A DNA stretch of 64,000 nucleotides. It comes from Candidatus Saccharimonadota bacterium (lineage in GTDB: Bacteria; Patescibacteriota; Saccharimonadia; Saccharimonadales; SZUA-47). Position 1 is the first letter of the stretch. Every line of letters starts with the position of its first letter. The DNA lies in NCBI GenBank assembly GCA_016700315.1, contig CP065013.1, positions 65,449 through 129,448 of the forward strand, given 5' to 3'. Below are positions 8,019 to 17,235 of the stretch, piece after piece. A program made the translations under genes and the position numbers. Below the pieces are notes generated by a model. It ran no database searches and was not told the origin of the DNA. It saw nothing but the letters and a program-made list of their open reading frames with translations.

Positions 8019-9524
8019 CTAGCGCTTGTTGCGTGCGCCTGCAAACCTTCTGGACAGCAGCGCGGCAGAAATTGTAACAGCGATTAGAGCCATCACAACT
8101 GGCATAGACATGGTACTAACGCTGATGCCCGTAGCTGGATCGCTGGCGATTCCGGCACTAAAGCCACCAGAACCAGTCAAGCCATCTATTTGCCAGAACT
8201 TATTGCCGTTCAGAGTTATTATGGTTGCCTTGACACTCTTGCCTGCAGGTATAGATTTTGTGTCGGCGTCAGTTTTTGTCTGGCCATCTTTCAGGTAGTA
8301 GATACCAGAGCATTTATCGTTAACAGCAGCCATTTCGCTCGCTCCAGCACAGATACCAACAAAGCTCGTGCCTGTCTTATAGGGTACAAATAGCGTAAAC
8401 GAGCCATCTTTTGTGACAGTATTCAGATTATGAGCTAAAGCTTTGAAATCTGTAGCCGAAGTATCTAGTTTGACGCTGTTACCGGCCAAGTCTATATCCC
8501 CCGCCAACATGTCGAAGATACCGCCAGCGATAGGCCAAGCAGCGTCTTTTGGTATAGCCTTACCATCAGAAACTGTATCCAGCGAAAAGTAAACTTGCTG
8601 GGCTGCGCTATCGCTGAATGATAGATAATCAGTCGGAAAACCGCCCGAGTTGTACGTCAAAGAAGTAGAAGCCTCCAAATACGCTCCCTCTACATTGATA
8701 ACCGTCGTGCCGGTACCAACTACGCTATGTTTAACCACTACTCCACTACTGTTTCCCGCAATATTCTTGATATTAGCAACCTTGGTAGACGAATTGTACG
8801 TAGACTGATCGACTGCCGAGCAAGCACCAGCGTCCTTACTAAGACTTAGGTCTTCGGCTGTTGAGCCACTGAGCACCTGAACGTTTATTTCGTTTGCAGC
8901 AAGACTTGTGCAGGTGCCTTCACCATCAGAAGTGCCCCGACCTACATTTACACTTTTCAGCTGGTCTTCAGCCATAGCAATGTCGGCTAACTTCGCATCA
9001 GCTCCTGCTCCTTCTTTGAGGTACATACTAACTACGCCAGGACTTGAAGTATCAAATCCCACAATGTACTCTGTACCAGCAGCAAAATTATGGGTATATG
9101 TAATTCCGCAACCTGTACCTATACCATCAACACCTGTTCTGCCTACCACTCCGCTCGCAAGATTAGTGTAGTCGCTTGCCGACCAGCTATAGCTTGCTCT
9201 GGGTTTTGCGGCGTTATCATTTTCATAGCAAGTCATTGCCAGACTTGTAGGTGATACAGTGAAGCTGATCGAACCAGAGCTATTTGTAACAGACGATATT
9301 GCCGTGTTTATATTAACTGATACCCTGCCGCTAACATAAGCTGACACGCTATTAAGGCTAACATTTAATCTGCTGGGATAAGGGCTACTGAAGCTCTTTT
9401 CTACGCCACTATAATAAAGTGACCCTCCACCTTGTTGCGCCGAAGCTGCCATAGGAGCTAGTGCGAATAATGCAAGAAGAGTACTACTCAGCAGGCTCAA
9501 TGTTCGTTTAATATTTTTGTACAT
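8019..9524 (-). CDS. cell-surface protein with a C-terminal sortase-type sorting signal
   Basis: 501 aa with a signal peptide (LLALFALAPMAASAQQ) and a Ser/Thr/Gly-rich body. The C-terminus reads DPATG, then hydrophobic MPVVMALIAVTISAALL, then the basic tail SRRFAGARNKR. Confidence 0.6.
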   Translation of the reverse strand: MYKNIKRTLSLLSSTLLALFALAPMAASAQQGGGSLYYSGVEKSFSSPYPSRLNVSLNSVSAYVSGRVSVNINTAISSVTNSSGSISFTVSPTSLAMTCYENDNAAKPRASYSWSASDYTNLASGVVGRTGVDGIGTGCGITYTHNFAAGTEYIVGFDTSSPGVVSMYLKEGAGADAKLADIAMAEDQLKSVNVGRGTSDGEGTCTSLAANEINVQVLSGSTAEDLSLSKDAGACSAVDQSTYNSSTKVANIKNIAGNSSGVVVKHSVVGTGTTVINVEGAYLEASTSLTYNSGGFPTDYLSFSDSAAQQVYFSLDTVSDGKAIPKDAAWPIAGGIFDMLAGDIDLAGNSVKLDTSATDFKALAHNLNTVTKDGSFTLFVPYKTGTSFVGICAGASEMAAVNDKCSGIYYLKDGQTKTDADTKSIPAGKSVKATIITLNGNKFWQIDGLTGSGGFSAGIASDPATGISVSTMSMPVVMALIAVTISAALLSRRFAGARNKR

Positions 9525-9627
9525 CAGCTATCCTTTCAGCGTTTGATTTATTGTCTATCTTATTTTTACTTATATATAACAAAAACACAAGCACAATGAT
9601 TTGCGCCATACAAGTTATAATTGAGTA

Positions 9628-11045
9628 GTGAAACAGTACATATCAATTCTTGGGAGGCTACCAAAGCTCTCGCTAGCCGAGCTAGAGGCCGTTTTTGGGG
9701 CGCAAAATATCCAGCCCTTCACGAGCGAAGCGGCGATAATAAATAGCGAGGTCACCGCCGCCGACTACGCACGGCTTGGCGGCAGTCTTAAGCTTGCCAA
9801 AATACTGGCTGAGCTCCCAAACGATTGGCCGTCAATCGAGCAGTACTTAAGCCGCACCCTACCTGAACATGCTAGCTACACCCAGGGCAAGCTAACGCTA
9901 GGCATAAGCCTATATGGCCTCAGAGTCCCCGTGCCCAAACTCCAGCGGTCGATACTAGGCTTCAAAAAATTACTCAAAACTAGCGGCAAGCCTGTGCGAG
10001 TAATCCTCAACAAAAACCTCGAACTTTCAACCGCCGAAGTCTATCACAATAAATTGACAACTCAGAATGCTTGGGAGCTACTGATAGTTAGCAGCGGCAA
10101 GCAAACATACCTAGCCCAAACTAAATTTGTTCAAGATATTGATAGCTACGTTGCCCGCGACCGCGGCCGACCAAAGCGCGACAGCAGAGTTGGTATGTTG
10201 CCACCAAAACTGGCTCAGACCATCATCAACCTTGCAGTTGACGAGTACGGAGTGCAAGGTACGCGGTACGATAACAACGGGCTGGTTGGCGCAAGTAACG
10301 GCACACGGCCTGCGCTTGAGGAAGTTTCGGTGCCAAGAGGAAGCGCGCAACGAGCCGTAGTAAACTACGGTGAAGTGAACACTGGACTCTTGAAGCCGGA
10401 AATGCCCAAGAAGCCGGCAGAGTTTCTGGCTCAGCCAGAAAGCAGGCCGGCTGGCGCAGTCTGTGTGCTAGATCCGTTCTGCGGAACTGGCGTGGTGCTG
10501 CAAGAAGCTCTGTTGATGGGCTACAGCGCCTATGGCAGCGACCTAGAACCACGAATGATCGATTATTCAAGAGACAACTTAGACTGGCTCTAAAGAACGT
10601 GAACGATCAAGAGGAATGATCGCTTATCAACTATCAACGAGTTTCGTTCCTGGTGGGATGCAACCACTACTATCGCTGGGATTTTTCAAAGCTCAAAGCA
10701 CAAGGCTCAAAGCTTGCGATTGCCTGCGAGACCTACCTTGGGCCTCCTCTAACTAAGCAGATTTCCGACAACGAACTCAGCAAAATGGTTGCAGCCGTAG
10801 ATAGGCTGCACGAGAAGTTTTTGATTAACCTTGCCAGCCAGATTAGTGCCAACACTCGCCTCTGCTTAGCAGTACCGGCTTGGCGGCGCGGCGTACGGGG
10901 GTACAAAAAGCTACCTGTGCTTGAAAAGCTAGAGCAAATCGGCTATAATTGGGTGAAATACGAACATTGTGACAGCAAAAATTTGTTTTATGATCGTGAA
11001 GATCAGTTTGTTGCCCGCCAACTCGTAACTATCACTAAGCAATAA
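9628..11045 (+). pseudogene. Trm11/THUMP-like SAM-dependent RNA methyltransferase, split into two ORFs (9628..10593 and 10653..11045)
   Basis: ORF1 has GRPKRDSRVGMLPPKLAQTIINLA and motif I VLDPFCGTGVVLQEALLMGY. ORF2, in a different frame, has the motif-IV-like ACETYLGPP. Stops lie between them in all joining frames. Confidence 0.45.
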
Positions 11046-11059
11046 GGAGTCTATAACAA

Positions 11060-11332
11060 ATGTCCAAGGTAAAAGCTGGCGGCACCAGTAAAAATGTCAA
11101 AGACAGTCCCGGCCAAAGACTTGGTCTAAAGCGCAGCGGCGGCCAAAAAGTCCGCGCAGGCGAAGTCTTGGTGCGCCAAGTTGGTGTCACTAAACTAGCT
11201 GGAGACGGCACCTACAAAGCTCGTAATCACACCATACATGCTGCTCGTGACGGCGTTGTAAGCTTTGTTACACGCCGCAAGAAAAACTACACCGGCAAAA
11301 CCGTCCGCCGCACCGAAGTCGTCGTTAAGTAA
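11060..11332 (+). CDS. rpmA: 50S ribosomal protein L27
   Basis: 90 aa. KAGGTSKNVKDSPGQRLGLKRSGGQKVRAGEVLVRQVG matches the L27 core pattern. Confidence 0.85.
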   Translation: MSKVKAGGTSKNVKDSPGQRLGLKRSGGQKVRAGEVLVRQVGVTKLAGDGTYKARNHTIHAARDGVVSFVTRRKKNYTGKTVRRTEVVVK

Positions 11333-11439
11333 CTTTTCAATAAAAATATTTGTCTAACTTCCAGAAGATACAGTTTTTGCTATAGCTAATAACGCCCTTG
11401 TACACACTGATTTCGTTCAGTTCACTGGTATTCTATAAT

Positions 11440-12120
11440 TCATTCCTTACGTAGTGCTGCGTAACCAAAAGTACCGCTGTACAGATTGCCATCTTCTTCA
11501 CTTAGTAGTCTCGTAAAATAGTCTTTAACGCTACCAAAACTTTGTAAATCAAGATTCTGACCTAGGTCTAGACTCGAAAGCTTCAAAAAAGGTGCTGCCA
11601 ACTCATGGCTTGCTAACCCCTTTGCCTTTGCCTGATCTCTACTAGCAGTTACATAGCTGAAGTTCTTGGCATAATCAGCTTGATCGTCGTAAAGATCATG
11701 TAGCATGAAAGAAACTGCTCGTCCGGTCCGACCATTAGCTTCCTTGAAGGGATGTAGCGTAGTAATTACCATTGCTAACGCATCGCCCGCTCTTTCCGGA
11801 TTGATATTGTTAGCTGCAAGGTTGAGCTGTTCATAAAAATCCTTAAACAAATCATATCGATTTTTAATCGGCACCATATCTACGCCACCCACCTGCATTG
11901 TCGAGTCGTGAATTTGAGTTTCTTCTTCCCCTTGAATACATCGATTTATATCAGTCAGAAACAAAGCCAGACCATCAAGACCAAGACCTAACATTGCTTG
12001 TAATCTTTCTGACGGACTATCGCCGACGACGCCCCATGATTCTACAAAAGACTTGAAACTGTCCGGGCCGATTGGTTCATGATTTATAGTATTTGCTTGT
12101 TTATTTGCTTCGTATGACAT
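11440..12120 (-). CDS. Fic family protein (AMPylase-type fold)
   Basis: 226 aa. The Fic motif reads HPFKEANGRTGRAV, against the consensus HxFx[DE]GNGRxxR. Confidence 0.8.
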   Translation of the reverse strand: MSYEANKQANTINHEPIGPDSFKSFVESWGVVGDSPSERLQAMLGLGLDGLALFLTDINRCIQGEEETQIHDSTMQVGGVDMVPIKNRYDLFKDFYEQLNLAANNINPERAGDALAMVITTLHPFKEANGRTGRAVSFMLHDLYDDQADYAKNFSYVTASRDQAKAKGLASHELAAPFLKLSSLDLGQNLDLQSFGSVKDYFTRLLSEEDGNLYSGTFGYAALRKE

Positions 12121-12133
12121 ATTTTATTGATGC

Positions 12134-12370
12134 CTATTGCGTTATTTTCACGACTTTAGTTGGCTTTTCAGGCTGTCTGTCGGCTTGAGTAGCAGCAGGA
12201 CTTCGAACCTCTCCAAACAAAGCGACGAGGCCTAGATGAGTTGTTACTAAATGGTTAAAATTGTGCCTTGCCGATTGTTCTGCGGCTGCCGTCTCTGATC
12301 TTAGAAATTCAATGGTAGCCCTGCTTACTTCATTAGGAACCTTCCCTTTTCTTGGTCCTAAAATTGACAT
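12134..12370 (-). CDS. small protein upstream of Fic (possible antitoxin or inhibitor)
   Basis: 78 aa, lying 13 nt upstream of the Fic start. It contains TAAAEQ, which resembles the Fic-inhibitory [ST]xxxE[GN] motif but does not match it. Confidence 0.4.
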   Translation of the reverse strand: MSILGPRKGKVPNEVSRATIEFLRSETAAAEQSARHNFNHLVTTHLGLVALFGEVRSPAATQADRQPEKPTKVVKITQ

Positions 12371-12714
12371 CGCTACCTTCCGCCGAAGATGCCAAAGCGA
12401 GTAGCAGCTGGGACTTGGTCAAGGTCAAGGTTTAGCGGCCCTGTAGCCTGCAGCGTCTGTTCTGTTTCGACCGGTTTGTTAGTTTTTGTTTTGAATATCA
12501 TAATAATATTATCTTAGCATAAGCTTTATAATTTTGCAATGCTATAGTAACGAAAGGTATTATGTAATTTTTATAACATTACCAAAAATATGTTTTTTGG
12601 ATAGCACCTTATAATAAAGAACCGTGCGGAATAGGCAGTAATTATATAAGAAGCTATTATTGTCCTAGATTGGCATTTTTAGAAGGCTGCTTCGTAGGAG
12701 TTCGCTGCGCTAAA

Positions 12715-13155
12715 TTATGCTTCGTGAGGTAATTTTACGCCACTTTGTTTGGCGAGCTCAATAACTAGATTATAAATCTCTATCACTCTACCCTTTTGGG
12801 TTTTACTCTTAAAACTAGGCGTCGGCATATTTGCCATAGAATATAACTCTTTGATATCTGTTTCGATAGCAGCCAATCTACCTTCAACTCGGGTGAGCCT
12901 ATCAACAACATCACGTTGCGTTGATTCCATGCTAACCATGCGGGTTTCTAAGCCGTCCATGCGATTGTCCAAACCGTCCATGTGGGTTTCTAGACCGTCC
13001 ATGCGGGTTTCTAAGCCGTCCATGCGGGTTTCTAGACCACCGAACCTCTCATCTACTTTATCAAACCTGTCTGTAACTTCATTCGCAAAATTACCGATCA
13101 TATCTGTTAGCTGATCGATCTTTTTATCCAGGACTGTAAATTCATTAGACTTCAT
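12715..13155 (-). CDS. coiled-coil protein with five tandem MDGLETR-type heptads
   Basis: The ORF track starts at a TTG (13173); the first ATG is at 13155 (MKSNEFTVLDKK). The repeat reads GGLETRMDGLETRMDGLETHMDGLDNRMDGLETRM. Confidence 0.55.
   Translation of the reverse strand: MKSNEFTVLDKKIDQLTDMIGNFANEVTDRFDKVDERFGGLETRMDGLETRMDGLETHMDGLDNRMDGLETRMVSMESTQRDVVDRLTRVEGRLAAIETDIKELYSMANMPTPSFKSKTQKGRVIEIYNLVIELAKQSGVKLPHEA
12937..13041 (-). repeat. 5 x 21-nt tandem repeat inside the CDS
   Basis: The units on the + strand are catgcgggtttctaagccgtc, catgcgattgtccaaaccgtc, catgtgggtttctagaccgtc, catgcgggtttctaagccgtc and catgcgggtttctagaccacc. Confidence 0.9.
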
Positions 13156-13226
13156 ACTAACATTATAAATCAATCATGCGTACGAGGTTGCAGTATCTTT
13201 TACTTAAAAAACGGCAAAATCACAAC

Positions 13227-13631
13227 TTAGGACAAGTGTTGACGTATACGCTCGACAACGTCGGCTATAACAACTTGAGATTTGACGAGGTAATCGTCTA
13301 CGCCCAAGCTCATGGCTTTTTCACGGTCACTGTCTTGGCTTAGAGCTGTTAGCATAATGACTTTTGTATTGGCGGTTTCTGGGGTATTACGAAGTATATC
13401 TAGAACATCGAATCCGCTAACCTTTGGCATCATAACATCGAGCAATATTAAATCTGGATCAAACTTAAGCGCAGCAGCTAGTGCCTCTTCGCCGTTTGGT
13501 ACACGTTGGATGTCGAAACCTTCGGCCTGCAAGCGCGTCGTATAGACACTGGCTAAGCTGTCATCGTCCTCGACAAGTAGAATTTTCTTTGGTTTTAGGT
13601 CTGAAGGTTTAAGTGGTTGTTGATTATCCAT
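13227..13631 (-). CDS. single-domain response regulator (CheY-like receiver)
   Basis: 134 aa. It has the canonical KKILLVEDDD, DLILLDVMMP, VIMLTA and DDYLVKS motifs. Confidence 0.8.
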   Translation of the reverse strand: MDNQQPLKPSDLKPKKILLVEDDDSLASVYTTRLQAEGFDIQRVPNGEEALAAALKFDPDLILLDVMMPKVSGFDVLDILRNTPETANTKVIMLTALSQDSDREKAMSLGVDDYLVKSQVVIADVVERIRQHLS

Positions 13632-13723
13632 AACCCTATCTTACCATAAGCAATTTTATTATTTCAATTTTGGAGCTATAGAAAAGTGTTTGATATGAGA
13701 GGAGTCGGCGTAGCATGAACAAG

Positions 13724-15316
13724 CTACAGCATAGATCTTATGAAACCGACGAACATTGGGTGCGGGCGGTTAGGGCGTGACTTAAACTCTGGATGCGCTT
13801 GTGTAGCTAAGAAGAAAGGATGATCTATGGCTTCGATCATTTCTACAAGATTGTTTTCGCGGTTTAGGCCACTGGCTTTGATACCCCAGCTCTCGTATTC
13901 GCTACGGAAGTCATTGTTACATTCACCGCGGTGTCGATGACGTTCGACAATTTCAGTTGCGCCATAAGTCTTGTGAGCTAGGCTGTTCTTTTCGATATGA
14001 CAAGCGTAGTTTCCTAGTCTCATTGTGCCGCCAGTTTGGAGCTTATCCTTTTGATCCTGCATAGTTGTGATTACTTGGTTCTTTGAAGCTTGATCTAACT
14101 CGAAGGTAGTAGCGCCGTGAACGCCTGCGTTACGCGCAGCCGCAATTACAGCCATTTGAAGTCCTAGACAAATTCCTAGATATGGTTTTTTATTCTGGAG
14201 TGCGTACTGCGCAGCCATTATTTTTCCCTCTAGACCGCGCTGCCCAAAACCTCCAGGTACCAGAATGCCGTCAAAATCTGCAAGCCCCACAGCTTTGTTC
14301 AGTTTTGCGGCATCAACCCATGTAATATCTACGTTCACACCTTCTTGCCAGCTGGCCGATCTAAGCGCTTCAAAAACCGACATATAAGTATCTGTGTTGT
14401 CCATATACTTTGCGATAAAGCCTACTTTGACAGTTTTTGGATGCTGCATTTTGGCTCGATCTACCACTTTGCGCCATTCTTTGAGGTCTGGTTTGCCAGT
14501 CTTTAAACCTAGCTTAGAAATAACGGCTTCAGCAATACCATCTTCTTCGAGAGTAAGAGGAACTTCATAGATAGTGGAGGCATTATGCAAAAGCGCAATT
14601 GCACTCTCAGAGACACCAGAGAATAGACTCAGCTTGCTACGTGCAGACTCGCTAGCTTGTTTTTCGCTGCGAGCAACTAAGATGTTTGGTGCAATACCTA
14701 GCCCACGCAAGTCCCGAACAGAATTCTGCGCTGGCTTGGTTTTGAATTCATTACTCGCTCCTAAATATGGCAAGTAAACAACGTGTACATAGGCGCAGTT
14801 CTCAAGACCAACTCTAATCCCAAGTTCTCTTATCGCCTCCATAAAACTCAACGATTCATAGTCGCCAACTGTACCGCCGATTTCTACAATGTGTACATCA
14901 TAGCCCTCACCTGCTTTTAGGATCCATTCTTGTATCGCACCTGTTAAGTGCGGGATGATCTGCACATCATCTCCGTCAAACTTGCCAGCCCGTTCGTCTT
15001 GAATGAGCTTGAGTAAAACTTTGCCGCTCATCAGGCTACTCCTGGTGTTTAGCTCTTCATCGATAAAACGCTCGTAATGGCCAAGATCGAGATCGGTCTC
15101 TGCTCCGTCATACGTAACATAGCACTCACCGTGTTCCCGAGGATTTAAAAGGCCCGCATCAACGTTTAGATACGGGTCACATTTTTGTAGATTCACTTTC
15201 AAGCCACGAGCTTTTAAGAGGTTGCCAATCGAGGCGGCAGTAATACCCTTCCCAAGTCCGGAAAGCACACCACCTGTAACAAATATAAATTTCGTTGGTT
15301 TTTTAACCAATTCCAA
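13724..15316 (-). CDS. pyrG: CTP synthase
   Basis: 530 aa. FIFVTGGVLSGLGKGITAASIG lies at the N-terminus. The glutamine amidotransferase half has GICLGLQ and HRHR. Confidence 0.9.
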   Translation of the reverse strand: MELVKKPTKFIFVTGGVLSGLGKGITAASIGNLLKARGLKVNLQKCDPYLNVDAGLLNPREHGECYVTYDGAETDLDLGHYERFIDEELNTRSSLMSGKVLLKLIQDERAGKFDGDDVQIIPHLTGAIQEWILKAGEGYDVHIVEIGGTVGDYESLSFMEAIRELGIRVGLENCAYVHVVYLPYLGASNEFKTKPAQNSVRDLRGLGIAPNILVARSEKQASESARSKLSLFSGVSESAIALLHNASTIYEVPLTLEEDGIAEAVISKLGLKTGKPDLKEWRKVVDRAKMQHPKTVKVGFIAKYMDNTDTYMSVFEALRSASWQEGVNVDITWVDAAKLNKAVGLADFDGILVPGGFGQRGLEGKIMAAQYALQNKKPYLGICLGLQMAVIAAARNAGVHGATTFELDQASKNQVITTMQDQKDKLQTGGTMRLGNYACHIEKNSLAHKTYGATEIVERHRHRGECNNDFRSEYESWGIKASGLNRENNLVEMIEAIDHPFFLATQAHPEFKSRPNRPHPMFVGFIRSML

Positions 15317-15388
15317 AAACCCCTTCTGCTCCCACGCTTATGGATATATTTTACACATTGCTCCGACAATAGACAAGAGAAATAAGAA

Positions 15389-15836
15389 GGCTTAAGGTTA
15401 TTGGTTAGACTGACTGGGAACCAAGGTCTAGGAGCTACGGACCCGGGTCTAGTAGCTAGCAAGTATTACCCCGTACTGCCTACCGCTCAAGTAGAGTCAA
15501 GAGTCAAGAGTCATGAACCAAGAGCTAGGGACTCGAATCTAGGGTCTAGGGACTAGGGACGAGTTTATAGTTTATAGTTGATGGTTTATAAAAGAGCAAT
15601 GATTAGGTTATAGGTTAGAGGTTAGAGTTTAGAGTGATTAGTAGGACTACGGTCTAGGGTCCAGGGACTAGGGTCTATTATAGAATTTAGAGCTTAGAAT
15701 TTAGAATTTTACGCTTGCTACTTACTACTAACTACTCGCTACTATCTCTGGGCTTATACTTTATACATAATACTTAATACTATCTAGAGCTTAGATTTTC
15801 TATCCCCTCGTTCATCGTCCGCCTTCGGTGGGCTTG
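15389..15836. repeat. mosaic of phase-locked heptanucleotide tandem repeats
   Basis: Manual phasing gives 58 consecutive 7-mers (15389-15794) in one register, in blocks of related units (gagtcaa x3, tagggtc/cagggac, tttatag, ggttaga, gaattta, ctactaa, ttaatac). Confidence 0.85.
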
Positions 15837-17051
15837 CTACTTTAGCGCACTGAAAGCTGCATCCAACTGCGGATCCAGTTTGGCTTTTATGTCATCAAGG
15901 CTGCGCTTAACTTCTTGGTCTGGTTTTATGCCTTCTTTGTCGATATTTTTATCTGACGGCGTATACCAACGAGCAATCGTGACCTTAAGTGTGCCACCAC
16001 TCTTTAGGGGGATAACCTGCTGCACACTGCCTTTACCATAGGACTTCACACCAATTAGAGTTGCCTTGCCGTTATCTTTTAGTGCTCCAGCCGTAATCTC
16101 GCTAGCGCTGGCGCTACCTTCATTGATCAGTACAACAGTCTTTGCATCTTTAAACTTCTGATTGCCGCTGGCCTTGAGGGTTTGTATAACTTTACTACCC
16201 TGTTTTTCCATAAGCACAGTCTGGCCTTTATCAAGCCACAGACTAGATAGCGCAACCGCTGCATTCAGTGAGCCACCTGGATCGTTACGTAAATCTAGTA
16301 CGATCTTTTTGATACCTTTTTGGTTAAAATCATCTGCAGCTTTTTCGGCCAAACTCGCGGTGTCATCCCAAAAACGAGAAACAGTTATTATGCCGACATC
16401 GCCTTTGATCTCAGACTTTACGCTAGGAATGTTAATTTGAGCACGAGTAATATCGAAGCTCAGTGCTTCGGTTTCCCCGCGCACGATTCCTAGCTTCACT
16501 TTCGTACCTTCTTTACCTCTGATTTTGTCTACGGCTTGGCTAACGCTTAAGCCTGCGGCCGACTGGTCATCTATGCTAGCAATTACGTCTTTAGGCAGTA
16601 AGCCTGCCTTCGAAGCTGGACTATCTGCAATCGGAGAAATAACTACGAGTTTTTCGCCATCTTTACCAAGCTCAGCCCCGATCCCACTGAATGTACCGCT
16701 AAGCTCTTGATTAAACTCTTTGCTGCCTTCTTCGTTAAAATATTCGGTGTAAGGATCACCTGTTGCCTGAGCTAGGCCTATTTTAATACCGTCAATTAGC
16801 TTATTTGTGTCTAGTTCACCATCGTAATTTTCTTTCAACTCAGAATAGAGCTCATCAACACTTGAGAAATCTAGCTCTTTTGGCGTAGTGCTTACGGCTA
16901 CTTTTTTTGTACCATCTAGACTAATGCGACCGCTGCCAATACCCCAGCCTGCAAAAAACAAGCCAGAAGCCAAAATCAAGGTCAGTGCTAGTTTTCCGTA
17001 TTTGGTTTTGTTGTTAGCTCGCTTAGCAAAAGCGTCTTCGCTATTTTCCAA
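15837..17051 (-). CDS. ctpA: S41 family carboxy-terminal processing protease with PDZ domain
   Basis: 404 aa with an N-terminal TM anchor and a PDZ domain (SPIADSPASKAGLLPKDVIASID). The S41 core reads LINEGSASASEI, KSYGKGS. Confidence 0.85.
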   Translation of the reverse strand: MENSEDAFAKRANNKTKYGKLALTLILASGLFFAGWGIGSGRISLDGTKKVAVSTTPKELDFSSVDELYSELKENYDGELDTNKLIDGIKIGLAQATGDPYTEYFNEEGSKEFNQELSGTFSGIGAELGKDGEKLVVISPIADSPASKAGLLPKDVIASIDDQSAAGLSVSQAVDKIRGKEGTKVKLGIVRGETEALSFDITRAQINIPSVKSEIKGDVGIITVSRFWDDTASLAEKAADDFNQKGIKKIVLDLRNDPGGSLNAAVALSSLWLDKGQTVLMEKQGSKVIQTLKASGNQKFKDAKTVVLINEGSASASEITAGALKDNGKATLIGVKSYGKGSVQQVIPLKSGGTLKVTIARWYTPSDKNIDKEGIKPDQEVKRSLDDIKAKLDPQLDAAFSALK

Positions 17052-17235
17052 TCTTCTCTCCCATTTTTACTTATGCTTTATTACAGTTTAGCAAATTATA
17101 GTTAGTTGAACTAAGATTTGAATCAAGTTGCCTAGATACAGCTCGTGTAAAAGATCTTACCGGCTCTTATTTTTTTACTAACAATAAAATTCACATGAAT
17201 CTCTTCATTAATCAACAGATATAAATATCATAATT

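Noticed and set aside
10111-10570. Three overlapping ORFs (10111..10350 -, 10127..10360 +, 10226..10570 -) as separate genes.
   Set aside because: They coincide with the G+C-rich insertion inside the methyltransferase ORF. Absence of stops in several frames is a compositional effect, and the translations are Arg/Ala/Pro-rich nonsense.
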